64,000 bases of DNA, taken from Octopus sinensis. Lineage: Eukaryota. Below, in pieces: positions 51,920 through 64,000 of this stretch. The notes under the pieces are model-generated. The model saw nothing but the letters and a program-made list of their open reading frames with translations. It did no database searches and was not told where the DNA came from. The stretch spans positions 113,646,001 through 113,710,000 of the forward strand of contig NC_043003.1 in assembly GCF_006345805.1 (NCBI RefSeq), written 5' to 3'. The position numbers and the translations under genes were made by a program. Position 1 is the first letter of the stretch; each line of letters starts with the position of its first letter.

Positions 51920-52789
51920 AATTACCGGAGTCATTCTCGTTGCTTATTTATATATATATATATATATGTGTGTGTATGTATATGTATACATGTGTGTGTG
52001 TGTGCCCGCATGCGCACACAGTTTTGCTTCCATTTGCAGCTACTATGGAGGTGGAGGGAGGTAAGTTTTTTTTAAAGTTATTTATGTGATGCTATCTTAT
52101 TTAACCATTTGCTACAGTAAGTCTTCCTTCATTGCATTGACATGAATAACAACTGGAAAATATAGATTTGAAATGTATTAAAAATATATCAGGACCACTG
52201 AAGCATAACACATATGTTAATACTTAAGTATCATCAAGTTTCATGCGGTCCATAGAAAATAGCATCTTTGCAACTGTAAGTGTTAATATTTTATTCGGCT
52301 GTATGCAGCAGCTGTCAGCACTCATAAAGATAACGACATACAACTATTATCTCCATCAACTTATAAGATTCAGTAGAACGAGCTAACGAGGGAGCTTCAA
52401 CATGCTTGCTCAACTTACTAGAAATAGTGACCCTATCATTCGCCTCTCACACCTAGATATCTTAGTAAAGAGCACATTGCATGATAAAAGTTCTGAATTT
52501 CTTTCATAACTGAATATTACAGAATGTTCTCTGATGAAATGCCTTTAATTTGAGGCATGTTTGATGTAGATTGAACAATGGCAGATAAAACATAACAACT
52601 TGTCAGTCAAACTCTTAAGAGAAAATGAGATTTTGCAATAATACACCTACGTTCATTATTCACTTTCTCTCTCATTTGTATATATGGTTAGTTATTACAA
52701 ATAGACCAGTATTCTTGCTTTTTTTTATTACAATTCCAAAGTGGACAACAGGATATTCTGTTCTCAGCTAAAGCATTTTCAATTGTAGA

Positions 52790-54060
52790 TATGTGGAACT
52801 GGTATCAAAAAGTTCCTGAACTTAGTTTTGTTAAAAAAAAAGAGAAAAAGAACTTATTTACCTAAGTTTTAACATCATCTCCTTTGAAATAATCACCTTG
52901 CACAGCAATACACTGGTCCCAGCATTTCAGCCACTTTTGGAATCCAACCTGGAAGTCATTTTCTGTAAGCAAGTTGAGGACCTTTTGTGGTTTGCTCTGG
53001 ATCTCAACAAAGGTGTTGAAACAGTGACCTTTGAGCTGCATTTTCATCTTGGTGAAGAGATGCAAGTCTGCAGGTGCTAAATCTGGCAAATAGGTCAGAT
53101 GCAAAGTGATAGCACATTGTTTTTTGGTGAGAAATTCATGAGTGAGGTGAGCTCAGTGACTGAGTATGCATTGTCAACATGAAGAATCCAATTCTTCACA
53201 CTCCGCAGATCTTCTCACTTTCGCTGAATGTCCTCCCTCAGATTCTTCAAAACATCTCAGTAGAACTCTTGATTGATAATCTGGGCCTGCAGGATGAATT
53301 CTCGAAGCACAATACCGCAGACATTGAAAAATCAATGAGACACTCTTGATTGACCTGCAGCTCTGTTGTGCCTTTTTCAATCATGGAAATGAAGACCTCT
53401 TTGATTGTGACTGCTGCTGCTGCTGCATTATCTCAGAGTTGTACCCATGGGCCCAACTCTCATCACTGGTGATGATCCTCAACATGAAGGATGGGTCAAC
53501 AGTGACATGTGGACAGAGATCTTGACAGACTTCGATGTGGTGTTCTTTCTGCTCAGTGGTCAGCAGAATGCCACACATTCAATTCAGATGTGGGGATTGC
53601 CTACAAAGACCCATATGACAGGACAACAACATCACCAATGTTGCTGATTGTCCTCTGACTATCCTCATACATAAGCTGATGAATTTCCTCCACATTTCCA
53701 GGGGTGATGGTCATGGTAGGCCTTCCAGATCGCTCATTGTGCATGAGCCACTGCCTCATTGCCGTAAGCTTGCTGATACATGCTCAATGTCTCTGTAGCT
53801 GACTTCCCTCCAAGTTGAATGCAGAATTTCACATTGGGTCTTTGTTCCAGCTTCCTATTCCTCACAAAATCACAGACTACAACATACACACGTGATCACA
53901 AAAACACAAATCTCACAACTTGTGAACTGAACACTGTGATGTCACTCGACACACTGCCTCATGAAGGTCACTGCTAGTTTTCCCTGTGCACACAGTCATG
54001 TGCTGCCATCTGTTTCCATGCTACAGAACTAGTCAGGGAACTCTTTGATGCCACCTCATA
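52790..54060 (-). mobile_element. Mariner transposon, near full length (~1.27 kb), inactivated
   Basis: Imperfect TIRs (ggtatcaaaaagttcc / ggaactctttgatgcc). Fragments IITSDESWAHGY (first Asp motif) and YLPDLAPADLHLF...CIAVQGDYF (YSPDLAP motif); frameshifts. Confidence 0.9.
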
Positions 54061-55889
54061 CAAACAATAATTCAGTACTTTTGAACATGATCAGGAGTAG
54101 ATCATGACTAAAATGTAAACCAAGTCCCTGTGCTCATTTAAGTAATCCCTTTGAATATTCCGAATATGTTTATATGCGTAAATGTGTGTGTGTGTATTCA
54201 TGTACGCATGATTTTAGGACAAACTTCTTCAAAATTTAGGTTTCAACACATACACATATATAGCACAACAAATTTTTTTAATTTTTTCTATTTTATCTAG
54301 TTTCAGCTCACGAGCTGTGGCCATGCTGGGGCACCGCCATTATGGTATATAAATGGTATATATTGCAAATACATGATATGGTGTGCTTGTATCTTGTGTT
54401 CTGCAAAGATAACATTGAAAATATAATGCAAATGCAAAACTCATTTGAAGAGATAGAAATCACGTTTTAGAGATCTTTAGTCAATACTGAGGGAGTGAAG
54501 AATTTTAAGTAGTTTTGATAGATAACACAACTACACAACAGTCATGTTTGTAATAAAAAGTGGAATGGGAAAATAAATGAGAATGACAGACACACAGAGA
54601 TATAAGATCAATTTCAATATTGTTCAAAAGAGAAGGAGTGTCATTTGGAGGTGTGTTGTTTTTCAAGAAAATACTCTTATCAACTCTTTGAGGTATTGGC
54701 CTCTGTTTATTTATGTTACTGCATTAGCTATTAGTTCAAATTTCCATATTTTATTCATGTCTCAAAATGCACGCATAATGCACATGATATATCAGACACT
54801 CACATTTTGAAATCATAATACAGGATAAATAGCATGTAGATTTAAAAATTTTAAATGTACGGTTAACAACAACATTCAGCCTTAATTTAGATTGTACAGT
54901 ATGAAACATAAAGACTCGTGTAACAGACACACAGCAAGGAAACAAAATATTTTAAATTCATAGATTGTTATTTGGATATCAGCTGAAGTAGAATTTATTT
55001 GAAAATTGCCAACTGTCTGCAAAGTGGTATATATACATATATCATCATCATTTAATGTTCACTTTCCATGCTGGTATGGGTTGAATGGTTTGACTGAAAA
55101 CTGGTATACAAAAGCACATTCAAACACACTAAAACACTCGCATACAGAGAAATGTCTGTGTTTGTGGATACCTGAGAGAGAGAGAGAGAGAGAGAGTGAG
55201 AGAGAGAGAGAGAAATTTAATCCCCCAATTCTCTTAACTACTTTATTTTAAAATTTTGTGAAATTCCTGTATGTTACAACAGTCAATTACTAATTTACTT
55301 TTCTAATTAATTATATTGAACATTTTACTCCTAAAAATAATTATAAATAGCAGTTTGCATTAAAATGAATTAAATATCTAAAAGTGTATTTGCAGACAAT
55401 AAAAATGGTTCATTGCCTTTTTTTTTCCTTCATACACTAGTAACGCTGTGCATGTGTGTGCACACGTGTGGGCATGTATGGGTGTATGTGCTCACACGGG
55501 CTTGCATGTGTCCACATGTTAATAAATTGTGAAATTGTTTATGATGAATGGCTACCTTAGAAAAGTCATTTAATTTTATCATTTGTTCAGAAGTTAATGT
55601 GGTAGTCATCATTGGAATCCTCATAAAGAAATATGAGATCTACCTGATAAGAGTCAGGTGCATGTTGTGAAGTTAATAGAAAATAAATTTCTATCTGCAA
55701 AAATAATACCTTAACTATGGTAATAGCCTAGATTTTATAACTATAAAACTGACCAATATAAGACAGTAAGCTAATCTGGTCTTGCCTAATGAAATTCCAT
55801 TAAGCTTTTTCAACAATATCACCCTATTCTTTCTTTTAATTCCTTATTGAATATACAAGAATCATATTAATTCCATTAATGGTACCTAT

Positions 55890-56048
55890 CGCAGGAATGG
55901 CTGTGTGGTAAGTAGCTTGCTAACCAACCACATGGTTCCGGGTTCAGTCCAACTGTGTGGCATCTTGGGCAAGTGTCTTCTATTATAGCCTCGGGCCGAC
56001 CAATGCCTTGTGAGTGGATTTGGTAGACGGAAACTGAAAGAAGCCTGT

Positions 56049-56099
<51 letters not shown>

Positions 56100-56330
56100 T
56101 ATATGTATGTGTGTGTGTATGTTTGTGTGTCTGTGTTTGTCCCCCTAGCATTGCTTGACAACCGATGCTGGTGTGTTTACATCCCCGTAACTTAGCGGTT
56201 CGGCAAAAAGAGACCGATAGAATAAGTACTGGGCTTACAAAGAATAAGTCCCGGGGTCGATTTGCTCGACTAAAGGCAGTGCTCCAGCATGGCCGCAGTC
56301 AAATGACTGAAACAAGTAAAAGAAAAGAAA
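55890..56330 (+). mobile_element. SINE family A, full length
   Basis: High identity to 2631-3040 and 36956-37363. Confidence 0.9.
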
Positions 56331-56632
56331 AAAAGAAAGAAAAGAATATCCACATGGAACAGTTAGGATGATTCAGCTAGCAACAGCAACTAATTCTATA
56401 TAAAGAATTCAAATGACTGACCCCTCAGAGGGGCAAATAGCATCTGACATTGCGATTGGTTTTATGTATCTACAAATGTTTAGTTTACATATTTGAAAAC
56501 CTACATTTTCTTCGATTTGTTGAGTATATGTGCAAACCTGTAAATGGATATTTCTCACCCACATCAAGGATGTATTTATTTTCATGCAAAGTCTATGAAA
56601 GAGCTCAACAGACTTAGATAAGGCAAGTGTAA

Positions 56633-57009
56633 TCTTTATATATAAAAGAGAGGTTGTGTGCTGTCTGTCTCCTACGATTTAGATTCCTAACTACTCCCAC
56701 ATTTTGCGGTGCAGTTTAACCAAAACCGGGTATCTTATAGTCGTGATTCATATCGAGCCCTTCTGGGTATTAGCGCGCGTCTACGATTTTTAAAATATTT
56801 ACCATCAATTTTTTCCATTTTTAATGCATTTTTGGCATATATAAGGGAAGTAACTCTCTAAAAATTTATTATTAAATCTCAGAACGTAAAAAGCTACAAT
56901 AACACCCCACCTTTGTGGTTAGCCATATTGAGATGGCTTTTACATTTCTAAAAATGCTTATATAGTTATTTCCCTTACAAACCCGAGCAACGCCGGGTGA
57001 TACTGCTAG
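56633..57009 (+). mobile_element. Non-autonomous Helitron
   Basis: A|TCTTTATATATAAAA 5' end; 3' hairpin ACCCG-agcaacgc-CGGGT, then CTAG|T; inserted between A and T with no TSD. Confidence 0.8.
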
Positions 57010-57702
57010 TAATATATGTTAATTAAATGAAATTGGAAAAGTAAATCAAAGTATGCTTATTAAAATAGAATACACTGGAAATAATTGTTCTTTTGAGACA
57101 AATTCATTAAATAATGTTATTTAATGATAACAAATAACATTTAATAAGACACACATGTATTCACATCATCATTAAGACTGTAACAGAGAGAGACAGAGGG
57201 AGAGATGTTTTGAAATAAATATGCCCAAAATTGTTGTAGCTACTTTCATGTAGAGAAACTTACTCCAAGGGAATTTTTGCTTAAAACTTATATTAGATCT
57301 TTGGATTAATAACGTTTTTGTTTGTTTCATTTTTTGGTTCTGTGTCAGTTACTAATGTATATAAATGAGTTTATTTCCAACAAGTGTATCACTTGCAGTT
57401 CTGCTGGTGAAATGAATACACATGCATAGCACTATATAACATTTATCATAGAGAGACAATTATGTCTTACATGAGAAAAAAATATACTTATTTTATTGTA
57501 AAGCATATGGCTTAATTTACTTTTCAGTTCATTCAGTTTACATTACATATTTTATATCTTAATAATACCTATATGTATATTATATAAATAGACAAACGTA
57601 TACAATTACGTACACCTATGGAATTGCATATAGACATATACATATGTATGTATGTGTGTGTCTGAATGTGTGTGTGTGTTATATGTGTTTATATATGTTA
57701 AA

Positions 57703-57917
57703 GGCGGTGAGCTGGCAGAAACGTTAGCACGCCGGGCGAAATGCGTAGCCATATTTCGCGTGCCGCTATGTTCTGAGTTCAAATTCCACCGAGGTTGACT
57801 TTGCCTTTCATCCTTTCGGGGTCGATAAATTAGGTACCAGTCACGCACTGGGGTCGATGAAATTGACTTAATCCCTTTGTCTGTCCTTATTTGTCCCCTC
57901 TGTGTTTAGTAAAGAAA
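57703..57917 (+). mobile_element. SINE family B
   Basis: ggcggtgagctggcagaaacgttagcacgccgggcg...; homolog of 92-327. Confidence 0.85.
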
Positions 57918-57987
57918 TATATATGTGTGTGTTATGTGTTTGTGTGTATTTGTGAGTGTAAATATGTATGTCTTAATGTATGTATGT

Positions 57988-58288
57988 AAGCCTAGTACTT
58001 ATTCAATCGGTCTCTTTTGCTGAACCGCTAAGTTACGGGGACGTAAACACACCACCATCGGTTGTCAAGCAATGGTGGGGGGACAAACACTGACACACAA
58101 ACATATACACACATACATATATATACACATATACGACGGGCTTCTTCCAGTTTCTGTCTACCAAATCAACTCACAAGGCTTTGGTCGGCCCGAGGCTATA
58201 GTAGAAGACACTTGCCCAAGGTGTCACGCAGTGGGAATGAACCCGGAACCATGTGGTTGGTAAGCAAGGTACTTACCACACAGCCACC
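57988..58288 (-). mobile_element. SINE family A, 3'-truncated
   Basis: Reverse homolog of 55890-56330. Confidence 0.85.
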
Positions 58289-59442
58289 TTTCCATAATGG
58301 GCATTACGTCCATGTATCTCACCGTCTCTTTGTCTGTTCCCTGTTCACAACCAGGTGGCTGGGATAACAAAGACAGTTATCAGGAAGGTTTTAGCATTAA
58401 AACAAAAATCAGAAAATACGATCATTTCGTGGATATCGATTTTGGAACTGATAAACCACCTACGCATATTTATTAAAAATTCACTGACTATGAGTAACTC
58501 TGGATTTTCATCGTATAGTTCGTGGCCCCATCACAGATATGAAGGGGGTCACAAGGACAGTTAATAGTGAAAATAAAATGGGAAAAGTGAGTGTCAGTAT
58601 ATGGTGTGTGTGATTATTTAGTGGTTATTGAAGAGTGTCAGTCTCGAGCAGGATTTGAAACGGCTAATCGAAGTGGCTGTTGTTTACATCTCAGTTTTGT
58701 CAATCAAAATAACCCATGGTACCAGATCATCCAGACATTATTCACATAGAACAGTGAGAAGTAAAGCTTAGTTCGATTTTTTGCAACCTTAAAGATTCTG
58801 CTCACATATTCACAGCAAACAAGGCACAGGACCAGACTTTAGATTGTGTAGGTGTATTTTTATGCCCTCTGATGTTTACACACGGCCAGTTATACATCAT
58901 TATGAGCAGAGCAGCAGACTCCAGTAATTTGGAAATTGGTGTCGACCTAACAGAAAATATCATCTACAAAGAAGTTTTGTAATCATATTGATATGGAAAG
59001 GAATATGATTCATAATTTAAATTAGGAAATTTGTGAACTTTGAATGTATAAGAGTATAAACAAGCTAAAATAATGTAAACAACTAAAAAGTATATCTAAA
59101 TAACATATTCTTCTTAATACTCTTTATGTAGTGGTCAAAAGAAGTTCTGGCTTTCTTTAAGAATGGTCCTCATAACCATTCATGGTACAGAAATTGGGAG
59201 CCTATTTCAATTCGGGAGTGAATCCTCATCACATGTCAGTCGCAAACAAGACTAGTTGCAATAGAATGTTGTATCACCAAGAATAATGTGATTTCTCTCA
59301 GACATCACCCAGTAATCTATCAAGTCCATTTTACACATTTCTCAATACATACATACTGCTATGACTTGCCTCCCTCATTTCATGCCTCCATCGGAGATAA
59401 GTAGATTTGCTTGTAATAACAACAACAAAAATAATAATAATG

Positions 59443-59479
<37 letters not shown>

Positions 59480-59624
59480 TGATGATGATTTTTATGAAGT
59501 TGCATAGTACTTTTAATTCTTTTTTTATATATACAGCTTTACATAGACCTACACAGGTCATCAGAAATACTTCCATTGCCTGCAGAGCAGCAACAATACC
59601 TGCCATCCTAATTACTATTCTTAC

Positions 59625-59678
59625 CATCTTTTACATGGGCCCCACCTTCAATGTAGATAGCAGCTCTAGGACGGACAA
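59625..59678 (-). CDS. Candidate upstream exon (VVRPRAAIYIEGGAHVKD) of the teneurin-like gene
   Basis: Acceptor gtgtttttgtcag|TT and donor GAT G|gtaaga; 54 nt, phase 1-1, matching the phase-1 acceptor at 42491. An alternative acceptor cctag|A lies at 59665. Confidence 0.45.
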
Positions 59679-62600
59679 CTGACAAAAACACATATCTATA
59701 AAAGCATCTCTTTATGTAGGTCAAGTTAATAGCATGAATGTAATATTTTTTCGATAACCTTTTAATAACCTGTATGGAAAGTATGAGTATGTAGCTAAAT
59801 GGGTGTTCAGTTGTACACATAGGTGTGTATTTGTGAGATGGATAGAAAGGCGTATAATAAATCAATATGGAGGCCACTATATAGATGTTGTATGTCCACC
59901 TATACAGTTATTTATTGAGAGTATGTTGGTGCAGTAAACAAAATATGAATGAAAGCATATGGATTTATATGTTTACAACTGTGTGTGTATATGTGTGTGG
60001 ATGTGTGTGTGCAAATGCATACATATCTTCACATGAACATGTGCATACATACATCTGAAAAATATTCATTATATACACATTACGTGTGTGTGTGCCTAAC
60101 TGCTAATGTTGTTGTTCATGGCTGGTTAGTAACTCGTACACACATTTAGGTGTGTATGTATGTATTTGAATGGTAGTTATAAGAAAAATAATGTGTTCCT
60201 TTTTGCGAGTGTGTGTGTGTGTGTGTGTGTGTAAATGAATGAATTCTTCAGTGATGTTCAAAATAACATCCTCTCAATGGATGTGTGTTTGCATGTGGTG
60301 ATTGTGTGAGTGTAGGCTATCTGCATGCGTGTATGTGCACGAGTGCATGTATGTCTGCGTTCACATGATCTGTATGTGAGGTTGTGTTCATGCAAGTTTC
60401 ATAATTAAATTTGAAAAATCAATACTAAAGACTTTTGTGAAAGCATTGAAATGTTTTTTCAATGGAAAAAAAAAAATAAATAATGTAAAAAATAAACAGA
60501 AAAGCAAGAGAGAGGTAGGGGTGGGGGGAGAAAATATTATATTGAGAATCATCATCATCATTCTCAATATAATAGCTAATGCTGTTGTTGTTTTTGTTGT
60601 TCCTGTTGTTGATCAGAATCAATGAAAGCTGCAGGACTTGTTAGGGAAAAGTCATTTTCCAGAAATTCTACAGAAGAAGAACAGAACAAGAGATGTGGAG
60701 GTGTAAAAATGGAAGATGACATAGATAGTCGTAATATTGGTAATGATGGTGATGATGATGATGATGGCGGTGGTTGTGGTGGTGGTGGTGGTCGTCATTA
60801 TAGTAGTGGTGGCAGTGATGGTAGCGGTGGTGATGTTAGTTAAGAGAGTGTATCAGGGTGGGAGTTGAAGAGAGGAGGAGGAGGAGAGAGAGAGAGAGAG
60901 AAGAAATTGTGTGTGCGTGCATACGTGTGTGTATGTGTGTGTGTGAGAGAGAGAGAGATATGAGAAAAGTTAAGAGTGTGAAGAAAAAAGAGAAATTATA
61001 CAGAAAAGCATAAGAATTAATTAAACAAAATCAAATAAGATAGAAAAAAAAACAACAGAATATAAGATGAAATAAATGAAATGAAAAACAAAAGTGAACA
61101 GAAGACATATACATGAGAAGGAGAAATAAAGCAGGAATAATAATTACAACAATAACAAGAAAAATAAGAGATAATAATAATAATAATAATGATAATAATA
61201 ATAATAATGTGTGTGTGTGGTGTGGAATGTGTAGGGGAAAGAAAGAAATATGAAAAAGAAATGAAGAACTGCAAAACAAGAGCTAAAAATGTGTAGCTGT
61301 TATTTCTAATCGATTGTCGGATCGATAGAACGAAATCAATAAATTCCACGTTGAACAATTTATGGAAGAAAGTTGATACGGAGATTCAGCCATAAAAGAA
61401 TTCAGTTGCAATAACTAATAGAAATAAGAGACAATGATGATGGAGATGGTGATGATGATGATGGTGATGCCGATGAAGACGACGATGATGACGACAACAA
61501 CGATGATGCTAACAATAGGAAGAATAACAATAATAATTATTATTATTTCTTACTTTGGCACCAGACCAATTGCACAGATAACACAAGACAAAACCAAATG
61601 GGCCCCAGTAATATAACTGGTATTTTTTGATGATTCCTCTCTACCTCCTTAACATTGACCATTGCTAGAAGGATCAAACACAAATTTGAATTTTCAATTA
61701 AGGCATTTTTTCTGTCAATTTTTTTATATACTGCATTAATCATCCGACCAATAAAGAAACCACCATGTAGTAGCTTGACTTGCTAGAAATAGAAGCCATA
61801 TCTCCTCATATAACAACCTAACCTCTTCAAAAAGAAGAAGATATGCATAGTAATGCAGTTCTAGAATTCTATATTTAGAAAAGACGGGATGGTCATGGAT
61901 TTGCTTTGATCAGAGTTTTGCTTGATGTGAGATAACCTGGGACTAAATAATACTAACTTATCCCCATCCTCATCATCATTTCAAATGTTATTTCCCCCAC
62001 CACCCACTTGGGTATCAATCACTTGGACACTTTTTAGTGTGCCATAATATTATCCTCAAAGAAATTAATTTGATACTTTTTCCATTTTAAATCTGGATGC
62101 CGTTTCAAGTGTCAAGCATTTAAGGATAGTAAGCTGAATGTATTTATCACCAGAGTAAATGACTAAGGTGGCTTTTTAATTAACAAGCATAGGAATAATA
62201 ACAACACTGAGTAAATTCATTTTTCCATTGACACAAGGCCTTGAATCTGTCTAGGGGGTCTACGGAGGTGTGGTTGATTAAATCAATACCCCTTTATTAA
62301 TGTTGTTCATTTATTAATCTATCAAGGATGAAAAGCAAAACCAAGCTCAATAGGATTTGAAACCAAAATTTACCAAGTTTGCTATCATCAACACTCTGCT
62401 ACACTGGTCATCATCTATCCTTTTATTACAAACAAGTAAGATGATGATGATGATGATGATGATCAAAAACTTGCTGGAGGCACAGGTCTCATGATTAACT
62501 CTTTCTTAGTTATTTAAAATCTCATGTCAATTCAGCACAAATCACAATATTAAACAGGGCAACCATGACATGAGATTGAGAGACAAAAAAGAACTATTTA

Positions 62601-63242
62601 AAAATAAGCGATAAATAAAATTATAAGCTTCTTAAATTATAATTCATTTTTGTATTTGTTTTGCAAGATTCTTGATGTGAATTTGTGTGTTGAAACAAAT
62701 CTTGAAATGTCTTGGGAAGGTCATTACACTAATATTAACAGCACATGCTTTGGTTCAGTATCACTTCTTTATTTGTAGTCAGTCGGTTAAATATCTAAGC
62801 ACCTAACTAACTGACCATTTGTTTAATATGCTAGTTAAACAATCAATCAGATGTTTGTCAAAGTTCTTCCGTTGCCAATCACAGACTCAAGGTCTACTTT
62901 GAATCCTAAATTATGCTGATCGTTGAACTGACATGGAAAATGTCCAGTGAAACTGAGAAGTTGTTTCTGAAGATGATGATGATGACAATGTAATGTGAAT
63001 GATATATGTATATGCAGTAAGTTCACTTAAGAAATATATGAAATGCATATGAATATGACAGTTGCATGCAAAGTCACTGCACAGCTTGTACACATGCAAA
63101 CAAGCATATGAAACCAAATTGAAATTTGCTGCAACACCTGAATGACTGTTATAACATAAAGACTGGCCTGTGTTGTATTATGTGAAGTCCATGTAGACAC
63201 CGGTCTTAACAGGGTCCAATCAACTCATCACTAATACTAGCA

Positions 63243-63627
63243 TGGACGTTATCAAAGAAGCTTGAGAGTCGGTTGGATGGAACCTACACTCGCCTCCTTA
63301 TGAGAGCTCAAAATCTCTTGTGGAAGCATCATCCAACCAAAGTACAAATATATGGAAAAATATCACCTGTATCATCTCTTGTGAAAGGTAGGAGAGTCCA
63401 GTTTGCTGGACATTGTTGTAGAGCTGAAAACGAGGTAATTTCTACTCTTCTCCTCTGGAAGCTATCTGCTCACGATACCAGAGGGCGCACACTTTCTTAC
63501 CCTGATGTAATCTCCAGGGATACAGGCATCCAGCAACAGGACCTCCGTAATGCCATGATGGACCGTGAAGTCTGGTGTAACATAGTAAATTCCATCGTCT
63601 CGACCACGGTCGAACAATGAATGAAGC
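63243..63627 (+). mobile_element. RTE-like LINE, 5'-truncated 3' end
   Basis: Open frame WTLSKKLESRLDGTYTRLLMRAQN...RRVQFAGHCCR...RGRTLSY...MMDREVW, followed by a tgaatgaa tail. Confidence 0.8.
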
Positions 63628-64000
63628 ATGGACACACTATATATCCATTGATCTCCTTTGATTCAGTACAAAGCTTTTTAGGGGTTTTGGTGGTTTGCTT
63701 CTCTCTCGTCTATGTTGATTTTTTTCTTCCTATTATTTGAGACTCACCTAATCACACACAGATATGAAGATAAAAGAGACAGGTCGTTAGCCTTCATCCT
63801 AATGAAATTCAGACTTGAAAATCTGTGACTTAGATAAATTTTTATCAGATTTAGATGAGGACTTATTATCTTCACCGGTTTTGATGCTACCATCATCATC
63901 ATCATCAGTTTGAAAGTTAGAATTCCCAACATCATCATAGCAGCAGCCATCACCACCACCACCATCATCATCATTATCATTATGGTCAACCTAATCACCA

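Noticed and set aside
52531-52565. CTGATGA followed by an ATGCCT/AGGCAT stem
   Set aside because: The GAAA half of the core is missing.
58323-58358. 36-nt minus-strand exon-like segment
   Set aside because: Contains TGA in the phase-1 frame needed by neighbouring exons; could only be UTR.
63800-63990. Acidic Asp/Gly-rich minus-strand frame (VDHNDNDDDGGGG...EFH stop)
   Set aside because: Composition is explained by (GAT)n/(GGT)n repeats; a similar pseudo-peptide occurs on the opposite strand at 60700-60840.

Overview
AT-rich, microsatellite-dense eukaryotic genomic DNA. The SINE families and repeat style suggest an octopod cephalopod (inference). Almost all of the window is intronic sequence of one minus-strand gene that looks like a teneurin (Ten-m/Ten-a type). 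Four GT-AG exons (42491-42126, 23086-22847, 17738-17591, 4350-4136) join in frame over 969 nt. They encode a Ser/Pro-rich intracellular domain and the RCSWKC-led transmembrane helix. Further candidate upstream exons and a microexon are phase-compatible but unproven. The introns hold tRNA-derived SINEs, RTE/APE/RLE LINE remnants, two mariner relics, TTAA and TA MITEs, two non-autonomous Helitrons and a ~3-kb tandem duplication. Two unexpected signals stand out. First, six minimal type I hammerhead ribozyme motifs from four unrelated families; five face antisense to the gene, and one pair has exactly complementary helix III segments. Second, a ~118-bp 28S rRNA fragment ending near the hidden-break region, embedded in frame-breaking position inside an RTE LINE. 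Nearly all ORF-track entries are microsatellite or transposon artefacts. All family assignments come from motif recognition by eye, not database searches.
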